Assembly: GCA_023898625.1 (NCBI GenBank) | Contig: CP060231.1 | Location: 212,258 to 276,257 of the forward strand | Source: Candidatus Nomurabacteria bacterium | GTDB lineage: Bacteria; Patescibacteriota; Saccharimonadia; Saccharimonadales; JAGQNJ01 | Direction: 5' to 3' | Length of the DNA: 64,000 nt | Shown here: one piece after another, positions 52,844 to 61,952 of the stretch | Layout: the number at the start of each line of letters is the position of its first letter | How positions within the stretch are numbered: the stretch's first letter is position 1 | Program-made: the position numbers and the translations under genes | Notes under the pieces: model-generated | Seen by the model: only the letters and a program-made list of their open reading frames with translations | Databases searched by the model: none | What the model was told of the DNA's origin: nothing

Positions 52844-55627
52844 ATGAACGACAGCAAACATACCCCAGAATACCAAATTGATGCAACTCAGGTTTTAAAA
52901 AAACTTCAATCTTCAAAAGATGGACTTGCTAAAGTAGTTGCCGAAGAAAGGCTTGGCCGTTTTGGCTCTAATACCTTAGCCGAATCACACAAAACACCCT
53001 GGATTGTTCGATATCTAAAACAATTCCTAGATTTTATGATCTTACTACTATTAGTTAGTAGTGTTATTTCATACTTTTTAGGAGATAAGCGCACGGCTTT
53101 TGTTCTGCTAGCCCTAATAGCTTTCAATACAGTTATCGGTTTTACTCAAGAATTTAAGGCTGAAAAGGTTATGGAGTCGTTAGTAAAACTTATTGTCCCG
53201 GAAGCAAAAGTTCGCCGTGATAGTAAGTTAGAACTAATCCCATCGAGTGAGATTGTTCCGGGAGATATTGTTTACATTGAAGAAGGTGATTCTGTTCCGG
53301 CAGATATTCGTTTGTTTGAAGAATCAGAATTATCGACTAATGATTTTGCGCTAACCGGCGAATCAAATCCTTCACGCAAGTTTATTCACGCCATTTCGGT
53401 CATCACAACCCTAGGGCGTCGCAATAATCTCTGCTTTTTAGGAACTACCGTTGCTACCGGACATGGCTACGGTGTTGTTATTGGCACTGGCATGAATACT
53501 GAATTGGGTCGTATTGCAAACCTTAGTCAAGATACTACATCAGATATTAGCCCACTACAAAAGGAGATAAATAACATTGCGAAGTATGTTACTGTTGGCA
53601 CGGTAATATTGTGTGCTGTACTGCTTCCTATTGCAATTCATGCTAGCCTTTCAGTGAAAGATGCTTTTCTTTTTGCTATCGGAATTGCTAGTTCGATTAT
53701 TCCACAAGGACTACCGGCTGAGATAAACACCTCACTTGCACAGGCCGCTAATAAACTTGCAAAAGCCCGTGCTTTAGTGAAAAAACTATCTGCAGTTGAG
53801 ACACTGGGAGCTACTAGTATTATTTGCACCGACAAAACAGGAACTCTAACTAAGAATCAGATGACCGTTGAGCAAATAATCGTAGGGCGCGATACATATC
53901 AAGTAACTGGATCTGGCTACGAAGCCAATGGAGTAATTCAACAATCTGGAGTTAATCTGACCGACAAACAACTTGAAGCATTGCAGTTATTCTTTGTAGC
54001 AGGAGTATCGGCTAGCAACGCTCAAGTTGAAGCACCCGACGACCAACACCCAATTTGGTATGCAATCGGTGACCCAACAGAAGCATCCTTGGTTACACTA
54101 GCCCGTAAAGCTAAAATCGACACGGACGAGCTACAAAAAAACTCACCCGAACTTAAAGAATTCTCTTTTGATTCAGGAAGAAAGCGCATGTCCTCAATAC
54201 GTAACTGGGGAGAAGACAACAAGCCATACGTATTTGTAAAGGGTGCACCCGAAAGCGTTATAGAAAAGTGTAGTTTTATCCTGATTAATGGAAAGCAAGT
54301 CAAACTTTCTGCAAAAGAAAAACAAAACATTCTAGCAACAGCAGAAAATCTAGCTGAGTCAGCTATGCGAAACCTATCCATTGCATTTAAAGTTTTGCCG
54401 AATAATTCCAAAATAGATAATCTAACTATGGATCAAGTTGAGAGTAACTTAACCTATCTAGGGTTAGCGTCAATGATCGATCCTTTACGTGATGAAGTTC
54501 CAGATGCCATGCAAAGCGCACATCAAGCAAACATTGCTGTGTCAATAATTACTGGCGATAATGCAATCACAGCCCAAGCCATTGCTCTAAAAGCGGGTCT
54601 AGCAAAAAGTCGAGATGATATTAAGTTAGTTCGAGGCGAAGAAGTTAACTCACTTTCAGATCAAGCAGTCATCGAAATGACAGCTAAAGGAAGTGTAATA
54701 TTCTCTCGAGTTAGTCCAGAAGATAAACTTCGTATTGTTGGATTGATTAAGGATAGCGGAAGAATTGTAGCCGTTACTGGCGATGGAATTAACGACGCGC
54801 CCGCGTTAAAACGCGCTGATATTGGTGTAGCTATGGGCAAAACAGGAACTGATGTTGCTAAACAGTCTGCCGACATCGTACTACTTGACGACAGTTTTCA
54901 TACCTTAGTTAGTGCAGTTCAACAAGGTCGTATTGTTTTTCAAAATATTAAAAAAGGTACCCTGAGCTGTTTTACTTCAAACTTTGCTGAGTTAGTTGTT
55001 AACCTTACAAGTTTGACCGCAGCCAGCCTCCTGGGAATACCCTTAGCATTAACAGTCATGCAGATATTAGCAATTGACCTTATTGCGGAATTGTTCCCTA
55101 TCGCGGCACTTGGTTGGGATAAAGCTGATACTGATTTGATGTCTAATCAACCCAGGAATCCTAAATCTCACATTATTAATCGTAGTAGCTTCTCTGACTT
55201 AATGATGTGTGGTCTTTTAATTGGTGGCTTAGCATTCATGAACTACCTGTGGTTCTTTGGTAGGCATGGATACGATGCTAGCTCGGTTCAATCAGGAAGC
55301 ACAATCCATATGCAAGCAACTGCCTTAACCTATCTGACTATCGTACTCTGTCAGCTGGGCAATATTATTCAACGTCGTAGTCATTTAGGAATTTTTACGA
55401 GGTACCAACTCCATAACAAACAATTCTGGGTAGCAATATTCATTTCAATATTCTGCGTTTTGAACGTTATATACAACCCCTGGATTTCATCATATTTTGG
55501 TTCCGCATCGCTATCATTATCAGACTGGTGTTTCGCCGTTGGCGCCTTAGTAATATTTTTAGGAATCAGAGAATTTGAAAGAATTCATGCTATGAGACAA
55601 TCAAAACCAGAAGTTACTAAAATCTAG
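52844..55627 (+). CDS. P-type cation-transporting ATPase (P2-type, Ca2+/Mg2+-like)
   Basis: 'TGES' in the actuator domain, phosphorylation site 'ICTDKTGTLT', 'TGDN' and 'VTGDGINDAPALK', with ten TM-like segments. The ATG at 52844 is preferred over the track start at 52787. Confidence 0.9.
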   Translation: MNDSKHTPEYQIDATQVLKKLQSSKDGLAKVVAEERLGRFGSNTLAESHKTPWIVRYLKQFLDFMILLLLVSSVISYFLGDKRTAFVLLALIAFNTVIGFTQEFKAEKVMESLVKLIVPEAKVRRDSKLELIPSSEIVPGDIVYIEEGDSVPADIRLFEESELSTNDFALTGESNPSRKFIHAISVITTLGRRNNLCFLGTTVATGHGYGVVIGTGMNTELGRIANLSQDTTSDISPLQKEINNIAKYVTVGTVILCAVLLPIAIHASLSVKDAFLFAIGIASSIIPQGLPAEINTSLAQAANKLAKARALVKKLSAVETLGATSIICTDKTGTLTKNQMTVEQIIVGRDTYQVTGSGYEANGVIQQSGVNLTDKQLEALQLFFVAGVSASNAQVEAPDDQHPIWYAIGDPTEASLVTLARKAKIDTDELQKNSPELKEFSFDSGRKRMSSIRNWGEDNKPYVFVKGAPESVIEKCSFILINGKQVKLSAKEKQNILATAENLAESAMRNLSIAFKVLPNNSKIDNLTMDQVESNLTYLGLASMIDPLRDEVPDAMQSAHQANIAVSIITGDNAITAQAIALKAGLAKSRDDIKLVRGEEVNSLSDQAVIEMTAKGSVIFSRVSPEDKLRIVGLIKDSGRIVAVTGDGINDAPALKRADIGVAMGKTGTDVAKQSADIVLLDDSFHTLVSAVQQGRIVFQNIKKGTLSCFTSNFAELVVNLTSLTAASLLGIPLALTVMQILAIDLIAELFPIAALGWDKADTDLMSNQPRNPKSHIINRSSFSDLMMCGLLIGGLAFMNYLWFFGRHGYDASSVQSGSTIHMQATALTYLTIVLCQLGNIIQRRSHLGIFTRYQLHNKQFWVAIFISIFCVLNVIYNPWISSYFGSASLSLSDWCFAVGALVIFLGIREFERIHAMRQSKPEVTKI

Positions 55628-55629
55628 TG

Positions 55630-56643
55630 CTATTCTTCGATTTCTATATATTTATCTTTTAATTCTTTAGCCTTCTCTTTAGCAACACTTGGAGCTTGCT
55701 TAATCTTCGGTATCGTTGCTTTTGTAGCTGGCTTTACCTTTTTAACACCAGCTTTGACCTGTTTTGTTGTTCGTACTGTAACTCGAGCAGTACCTTTAGC
55801 AGAGTTTTGTATGATCTTTCGAATAATCTGTCTCTTGCGAGGAACAAGCTTTTTATCAAAAACCATTAATGGGTCTGCTTCAATTTCGTCAATTATCCAA
55901 GAATAGATACTAATAGTTGTCCGAATTGGCACCTGATAACGCTCCGGAACATAAGTAATCCCCTTATCTGCATCATTCTGCCATTTACGAAACTGTTTAA
56001 TTTGTGAAAATATGAACTTTTCATATTCCTTATGATTAGCCTTAGCTTCTTCCTCGGCTAAGTTTTTTAATCCATATTTTTTTAGTTCACTAGCAGGAAA
56101 GTATTGCCTGCTATTACTTGCGTCATCACCTATACTCCTAAGTAGATCTGCCCATTTTATGGCTCTAGCCTGTAATTGCACTGCAGGATTAGACTCTTCA
56201 GGTAAATTCAAAATCTTTGCTAGCATCAATCCAACAGTCTCAGAAGAACCATAAATATACGTTAATAATTCATCTATTGAAGAATACTTCTTTGAATCAA
56301 TATCCATCTTCATAGATTTAAAGAAACTCGCCACCCAGGCAGTATCAAACTTATACTTGTGCTGTAAACGAACAATATGTTTTATTATTCTAGTGTCAGT
56401 ATCATCCCATTGGTGCGCAATCGCATCAAAACTATTATTCGAAATAGCGCTCTCATAAGATTTTTCTAATGCTAGTACTTTCTTATGGTTATCCTTGGTG
56501 TCTGCATACATTTTGACCGTCCCAACAAAACCATACAACCTAGCTACATCCTCCCTAACCTTTTTAGGGAAAAACTTACTAGTAATGTAGAAAGTTTTAT
56601 CGATATTTTTGGTAATACTAGAGACTTCTTCCATTGTCAACAT
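55630..56643 (-). CDS. squalene/phytoene-synthase-family protein with Lys-rich C-terminal tail
   Basis: 'FYITSKFFPKKVREDVARLYGF' and '...ADLLRSIGDDASNSRQYFPASEL' fit the SQS_PSY family. The first Asp-rich motif is not recognisable ('VGTVKMYADTKD'). The start is uncertain (ATG at 56643 or 56634; the track uses the TTG at 56679). Confidence 0.6.
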   Translation of the reverse strand: MLTMEEVSSITKNIDKTFYITSKFFPKKVREDVARLYGFVGTVKMYADTKDNHKKVLALEKSYESAISNNSFDAIAHQWDDTDTRIIKHIVRLQHKYKFDTAWVASFFKSMKMDIDSKKYSSIDELLTYIYGSSETVGLMLAKILNLPEESNPAVQLQARAIKWADLLRSIGDDASNSRQYFPASELKKYGLKNLAEEEAKANHKEYEKFIFSQIKQFRKWQNDADKGITYVPERYQVPIRTTISIYSWIIDEIEADPLMVFDKKLVPRKRQIIRKIIQNSAKGTARVTVRTTKQVKAGVKKVKPATKATIPKIKQAPSVAKEKAKELKDKYIEIEE

Positions 56644-56662
56644 TATACCACTATTACATAAC

Positions 56663-57760
56663 CTAAGCTCTACGATCAACGAGTGTATCTGCTAGACCCT
56701 CTAAGAAATCAACCCCTTCTCTATTCCAATCTATAGTTTGTTTACGAATAGATTTTTTGGCATATTCGATACACCGTGTTGCTTCTTTTTTAGCATACTC
56801 TAACGATCCAGAGTCAACGATAATATCCCTACATCGTTCGAATTCAGACATCGTTAAATCTTTATTGCCTAGCATCTGGATTAAAAAGTTCTTATCTGCT
56901 TTATCTGTATTCTGAAGCGCATATAAAGATAACAATGTCTTTTTTCCCTCTTTAATGTCATCCATAGGACTTTTGCCACTCTCAAACTCGCTCCCAAATA
57001 TACCCAATATATCATCTGTAATTTGAAAAGCTCTGCCTGCGCTCAGGCAATAATCTCGTACTGCATCTGTCGCACGGCAATCTGCACCAGCCAACACCAT
57101 CCCGAAAGTTAAGGGGTTCAGAAACGTGTAGTAAGCAGTTTTCCACTCTAAGACATTATCGATATCCTTCATCTGAACATCAGAATTAACTTCATTCATG
57201 ATGTCATTGGTTTGACCGTGCGCCGTAGTAACCATAGACTGGTTCAATATACTTGAAGCCTTTATTCTAAGCTCTTCGTCCACATCAAGATTTAGTACAA
57301 TAACTTGTGAAGCATGATTGCCTATGCCCATAGCATTTAAGGCTTGTGAAATGCCAAAATGTTCTGAATCACCAGATAAGTAGTGTTTACGATGATAGTC
57401 TGCCAAAGCAACATGTGCTGTTGGACCACCCCTACGCACTAAGCTGTTATCCTGAATATCATCCATTATTAAGATGTATGCGTGAATCATCTCTATGGCA
57501 CGACTAGCCTGGACTATCATTTTACGATTTTCTCCACCCATCATTTCATAGCCGGTAATAACTAGCGAGCCCCTAATTCGTTTTCCACCTCTCTTTAAGA
57601 TATCAATGAATGCATCTGTTGCAACCCTAGAATAGGCTCCGTAATTTGATAGTGTACTTCTTTGAATATTTTTTGAATACAACTCAATATCCGCATCAAT
57701 AAGCTTCTTGTACTTTGCTAATTTTTTTGCAAACAATTGTATTTCAACCTTCTGGTTCAT
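56663..57760 (-). CDS. polyprenyl diphosphate synthase (trans-IPPS family)
   Basis: The first Asp-rich motif is 'ILIMDDIQDNSLVRRG'. The second reads 'FQITDDILGIFG', i.e. DDxxG rather than DDxxD. 'GKRIRG' lies upstream. Confidence 0.8.
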   Translation of the reverse strand: MNQKVEIQLFAKKLAKYKKLIDADIELYSKNIQRSTLSNYGAYSRVATDAFIDILKRGGKRIRGSLVITGYEMMGGENRKMIVQASRAIEMIHAYILIMDDIQDNSLVRRGGPTAHVALADYHRKHYLSGDSEHFGISQALNAMGIGNHASQVIVLNLDVDEELRIKASSILNQSMVTTAHGQTNDIMNEVNSDVQMKDIDNVLEWKTAYYTFLNPLTFGMVLAGADCRATDAVRDYCLSAGRAFQITDDILGIFGSEFESGKSPMDDIKEGKKTLLSLYALQNTDKADKNFLIQMLGNKDLTMSEFERCRDIIVDSGSLEYAKKEATRCIEYAKKSIRKQTIDWNREGVDFLEGLADTLVDRRA

Positions 57761-57868
57761 TTATTCAAGTATACACTTATCTGTGTAATTATGAACTTAT
57801 ACGTAGAATAAATAGCCTAGACATGTCTCAGCAATCAATACCGCCAAAGTATTGAGGCGAGGAGCAAA

Positions 57869-58831
57869 TTAAGCTTCTAACCTAGAAAGTTGTTGACTAG
57901 CTTTATAAGCTTCACCTGCAAGCTGGTTCAGTGCAGGTGGCTCAGGCATAGACTCTTGCTTAACAATTGCAAGCTCTGCCGTACCATAAGTCGGAACTTT
58001 TATCACTACATCTGTAGCTTTGCTTGCACGTATGGCGTCTATCTCATTTGACGGCTGATACGTTGAGCTAGTTACGAATCCAATCGAATCTACTCCATCA
58101 ACTTCCGAAATAATACACATTTTTGCAAAGTTATCTGGACGTTTAAAACTACGGTTGCCTGCCTCATCTTCATGCCATTCACGATCAATTCGCATTACAA
58201 CTGCCGGCACATCACCAACCATTCCGATTTGACGAAATTGGCCAGTTGATTCATGCGTTAGCTTACCGTCAATTGTATAACCATAAGGTAAAACAACTTC
58301 TTCTTGTGCAACAAAATCATGGTGAGCCCTAAATACCTGTTCAGCAACTTCATACTCTGTTGTGCCAACATCTTCTACGGATAATCCAAGTACCTTAGCT
58401 GTTAATGTCTGCTCTTTGTCAGATATAGCTCGCTCAGAGTCACCAGACATAATAATTACACCTGGCTTTACAACTGACTCAGAAGTTATATTTAGCTCGG
58501 CTAGCATCTTATGGCTTTGACCTCCTTCAAGAAGCGCCAAGTACCCCTCCTCCAGACCAACCGTTGCGGCATCGCGGTTTGTTTCACGACCAATACCAAT
58601 TTCTGACATTGCATCACGAAACGCAACCTCTTGATCTTCACTTAGCTCGACGCCAAATTCAATATCCTGTCGACGTTCCTTGTCAGCCGGATTTGGAAAA
58701 ACTTCGATAGGGTTCTGTGTCGCATCACCCGTAATTGATTCGACAGCACGAGCCAAACCTTCCTTTAACCGCTCTTCTATCTCTTTCGCTGAAAGTTGTG
58801 GCTCTTTTAAATTTCTATCCTTATCTACCAT
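57869..58831 (-). CDS. hypothetical acidic protein (320 aa)
   Basis: A long ORF 17 nt downstream of the 123-aa ORF, so probably an operon. No motif recognised. Confidence 0.55.
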   Translation of the reverse strand: MVDKDRNLKEPQLSAKEIEERLKEGLARAVESITGDATQNPIEVFPNPADKERRQDIEFGVELSEDQEVAFRDAMSEIGIGRETNRDAATVGLEEGYLALLEGGQSHKMLAELNITSESVVKPGVIIMSGDSERAISDKEQTLTAKVLGLSVEDVGTTEYEVAEQVFRAHHDFVAQEEVVLPYGYTIDGKLTHESTGQFRQIGMVGDVPAVVMRIDREWHEDEAGNRSFKRPDNFAKMCIISEVDGVDSIGFVTSSTYQPSNEIDAIRASKATDVVIKVPTYGTAELAIVKQESMPEPPALNQLAGEAYKASQQLSRLEA

Positions 58832-58848
58832 AATAATCCTTTCCTTAT

Positions 58849-59220
58849 TTACTCTAAACCGCCTTCGCCATAGTCAATTTCAAGCGCCTGAAGCCATTCG
58901 CTATTGTTGCCCTGACAAACAAACCTGTCGGCTACAAAACCGCCACAACCATCTTGACATTCGGCAATTGCACTTCTAGCCATCAACCTTAACGAGTCTG
59001 CGCCCGAACTAATAGTGTCGGCCTGTTCGTTCAACAATTGATATGCTGTAACAAATCTGTCATCAGGCGTATGGTATTCAATCGTATTATCCGCTTCCAA
59101 AGCCTGTTCTCTTAAAACCTCAACATACTCAGACAATTCATCTGCCTTTAATAAGGCTTTTTTTGGAAGTGCCATTCTTGGACATTCAGCACATTCTGGT
59201 TTTATATCTACTATGGTCAT
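58849..59220 (-). CDS. hypothetical Cys-containing protein (123 aa)
   Basis: An N-terminal 'CAEC' and a C-terminal 'CQDGCGG...VCQG' suggest possible metal binding or disulfides. It is divergent from the TrmB-like regulator gene. Confidence 0.5.
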   Translation of the reverse strand: MTIVDIKPECAECPRMALPKKALLKADELSEYVEVLREQALEADNTIEYHTPDDRFVTAYQLLNEQADTISSGADSLRLMARSAIAECQDGCGGFVADRFVCQGNNSEWLQALEIDYGEGGLE

Positions 59221-59321
59221 AATTCTCTACCTCATTAGGATATTTGATATTTTACTGGTTTTTTAATTTTTGTCAACTCTTTTTCACACAATACAGCATT
59301 ATTATATCTGTTAATTTTCTT

Positions 59322-59342
59322 TTGTGAATACGTGTTTCACAA
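59322..59342. promoter_or_regulatory. palindromic candidate operator in the divergent promoter region
   Basis: TTGTGAA-N7-TTCACAA (59322-59328 / 59336-59342), about 30 nt upstream of the TrmB-like gene start. A related half-site TTTCACACAA lies at about 59283-59292. A possible extended -10 TGTTAGAAT follows at 59356-59364. Confidence 0.45.
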
Positions 59343-59370
59343 CTTATATTTATTGTGTTAGAATAAAACT

Positions 59371-60162
59371 ATGGTCATAAACGATTTAATCACGGCCGGG
59401 CTAAATACTACACAAGCAGAAACCTATACCCTGTTGCTTAAGCATGGATCCGTCTCCCCGCCACTACTTGCCAAAGAACTACATCTAACCCGATCAAATA
59501 CATACAAGGTATTAGATCAATTAACAGAACTTGGCTTGGTACGCCGAGAGGTAAATTTGAAAAAATACATCTACTACCCTGATAATCCCTTAGCGCTAAC
59601 AAACCTTGTAGCCGAACAGCGTAATGTTGCCACTGCCCGAGAAGAAGCCGTTAAACGAGTCATGAACGATCTACTGTCAACTTATCATAAGCATAACGAG
59701 CAGCCTAATATAACGGTGGTAACCGGGCATGATGCAGTTGTAGAGGCATATCATGCGCAGATTCACCTACTCAAACCAATATTTTTCTTGCGTTCGCAGT
59801 CAGATATTGCCTCAATTGGATTTGATGATATGCACGAAATCCGCACCAAGCCGAGTCGACATAACGTTCAACGACACGGCATAACTCCAGACATGTCGAC
59901 TACCCCAGTGAATCCCGAGATAGATACACGTAGTAATCTTGAACGGACATGGATTAAAAACGAGGATTACAACGCACCGGTGGAATGGAGTGTTAGCGGG
60001 TCAACCTTGCTAATTGTGCTGTTTGGCACCGAACCTCATGCTATAACAATTACCAATCCAATTATTGCTGGTGCTTTCTTGCAAATCTGGAAACTACTCA
60101 ACAATACCCTTAAGGCTATGCCATACTACAAGCAACTACCAAGAGCTAATCATAAAGTCTAA
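59371..60162 (+). CDS. TrmB-family HTH transcriptional regulator
   Basis: The N-terminal winged helix 'LITAGLNTTQAETYTLLLKHGSVSPPLLAKELHLTRSNTYKVLDQLTELGLVRRE' is typical of TrmB. Confidence 0.75.
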   Translation: MVINDLITAGLNTTQAETYTLLLKHGSVSPPLLAKELHLTRSNTYKVLDQLTELGLVRREVNLKKYIYYPDNPLALTNLVAEQRNVATAREEAVKRVMNDLLSTYHKHNEQPNITVVTGHDAVVEAYHAQIHLLKPIFFLRSQSDIASIGFDDMHEIRTKPSRHNVQRHGITPDMSTTPVNPEIDTRSNLERTWIKNEDYNAPVEWSVSGSTLLIVLFGTEPHAITITNPIIAGAFLQIWKLLNNTLKAMPYYKQLPRANHKV

Positions 60163-60739
60163 AAGTTTTTATTGCCAAGTTTTTAAACTCTTCAAAGCTA
60201 CTACCATTATTTTCGAATATATCAGTTGCCTGACGCTTTACATAGCTAGTATCCATTTGTACATCAGCCGGCAAGCCATCTTGGGGAGTTTCTTGTAGCT
60301 TTTCTTGATCTAGCATTTCTTTTAAGGTCTGTTCAGCTTCACCTTGGCGACGAGCAGACTGCGAACGCCTGAAACGCACCTCATTACTTGCTTCAACCCA
60401 AATCAGCTTACCTTTGTTCTGTTTGATAAAATCTACCTCTATCGGGGCTCGTACACTGAATATAACCAGCCCCTTGTATTGTTGACTTGCTTCAGCCTTA
60501 GCAAAGCGCGATAAAGCCTGCTTTAATGCAAAATCTGCCCCAAAATTTGTCCTTAAATAATTTGATGTCTCTGTCATGTTCTTGACGGATATTGGATCTT
60601 TCTCGTTAGCATGTCGCCTCCTTGATTCATCACGGACAATATCACCTAAAGACACCCCAAAATATCCATGCGATATAAATAATTCAGCTAGTGAATCCTT
60701 ACCACTACGAGGTAGACCTGCTATTCCAATAATGTTCAT
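60146..60739 (-). CDS. P-loop nucleoside/nucleotide-kinase-like protein
   Basis: Walker A 'GIAGLPRSGKDS' at the extreme N-terminus and ~200 aa with dNMP-kinase/DPCK-like architecture. The substrate is unknown. Confidence 0.55.
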   Translation of the reverse strand: MNIIGIAGLPRSGKDSLAELFISHGYFGVSLGDIVRDESRRRHANEKDPISVKNMTETSNYLRTNFGADFALKQALSRFAKAEASQQYKGLVIFSVRAPIEVDFIKQNKGKLIWVEASNEVRFRRSQSARRQGEAEQTLKEMLDQEKLQETPQDGLPADVQMDTSYVKRQATDIFENNGSSFEEFKNLAIKTFRLYD

Positions 60740-60840
60740 TGTTTATTCCTTCTCCTTTTGAAGTAAATATATGGTAATAATACTGCACAGGCAATAATGC
60801 TTGGTAAAAATATCCAGATTATTAAATTCGCAAATTGCAT
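60736..60840 (-). CDS. 34-codon micro-ORF encoding a TM helix plus basic tail, coupled to rpoD and the kinase-like gene
   Basis: My translation is [34 protein letters not shown]. Its ATG overlaps the rpoD TAA (TAATG at 60838-60842). Its TGA overlaps the next ATG (ATGA at 60736-60739). It was missed by the track's length cut-off. Confidence 0.4.
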   Translation of the reverse strand: MQFANLIIWIFLPSIIACAVLLPYIYFKRRRNKQ

Positions 60841-61952
60841 TAGCTTATATAGTCATGTATTTTCTTACTGTCTTTGTGCTTTCGTAATTTTGCTAGTGCT
60901 TTTGCTTCAATTTGCCTAATTCGTTCACGAGTCACATTAAATTCTTGCCCTACTTCTTCAAGAGTATGAGATCTTCCGTCTTCTAAGCCAAATCGTAGTT
61001 TTAAGATTTTTTGTTCACGTTCCGACAAAACACCCAACATATCTTTAACATGTTCTTTTAGTAATTGATTAGTTGCTGAATCCTCAGGACTAATAGTGTC
61101 TTCGTCTTCGATAAAATCACCTAGTACGCTATCCTCTTCATCGTCACGTACACTAGCATCAAGTGAGCTAATATCTTGTTTGATTTTCATGATGTGTTCA
61201 ACCTTATCAACATCTATTTCCATCGCCTGGGCAATTTCTTCGTTTGTTGGTTCACGATTTAAGTCTTGAGTTAATCGACGTTGTGTCCTGAGTAATTTAT
61301 TTATGGTTTCAACCATGTGAACAGGAATACGAATTGTTCTAGCCTGGTCTGCAATTGCTCGCGTAATTGCTTGACGAATCCACCAGGTTGCATATGTACT
61401 AAACTTAAAACCTTTATCTGGATCAAACTTTTCAACCGCTCGCAATAAACCTGTATTTCCTTCTTGAATAAGATCAAGCAAATCAAGGCCTCGTCCAACA
61501 TAACGCTTCGCAATAGACACCACTAGACGCATGTTAGCTTCAGCCATTTTATCTTTAGCACGTTTATCTCCAGCTACTACTTTGTATGCTAATTCTAGCT
61601 CTTCCTCTGGTTTAAGTAGAGGGATCTTACCAATCTCTCTTAAATATAAACGTACAGAGTCATCAGAAATATCATCTGCATAAATCTGTTCTTCAACCAC
61701 AACCTCCTCTTCTTCTGAAACCCATTCATCAGAAAAGTCTTCTGCATTTGGTTCGGTGGCTTCAATAATCTCAACTCCAGCATCTGTTAACTCGGCATGC
61801 AGTTTATCTAGTAAGTCAATATTATCTGGAGTATCAGGAATCTGTTTAAAAATCTCACGCTGTTCGATTTTACCATCTTTCTTAGCCTTTTCTAGTATTT
61901 TAAGTTTTGAATTTTCTAATGCCTTCTTGTCTTTATCATTACCCACGCACAC
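60840..61952 (-). CDS. rpoD: primary RNA polymerase sigma factor
   Basis: Region 2 '[19 protein letters not shown]', region 3, and region 4 '[24 protein letters not shown]'. The start is ambiguous (GTG at 61952 or GTG at 61946, the latter 7 nt after AAGGAG). It overlaps the dnaG stop. Confidence 0.95.
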   Translation of the reverse strand: MCVGNDKDKKALENSKLKILEKAKKDGKIEQREIFKQIPDTPDNIDLLDKLHAELTDAGVEIIEATEPNAEDFSDEWVSEEEEVVVEEQIYADDISDDSVRLYLREIGKIPLLKPEEELELAYKVVAGDKRAKDKMAEANMRLVVSIAKRYVGRGLDLLDLIQEGNTGLLRAVEKFDPDKGFKFSTYATWWIRQAITRAIADQARTIRIPVHMVETINKLLRTQRRLTQDLNREPTNEEIAQAMEIDVDKVEHIMKIKQDISSLDASVRDDEEDSVLGDFIEDEDTISPEDSATNQLLKEHVKDMLGVLSEREQKILKLRFGLEDGRSHTLEEVGQEFNVTRERIRQIEAKALAKLRKHKDSKKIHDYIS

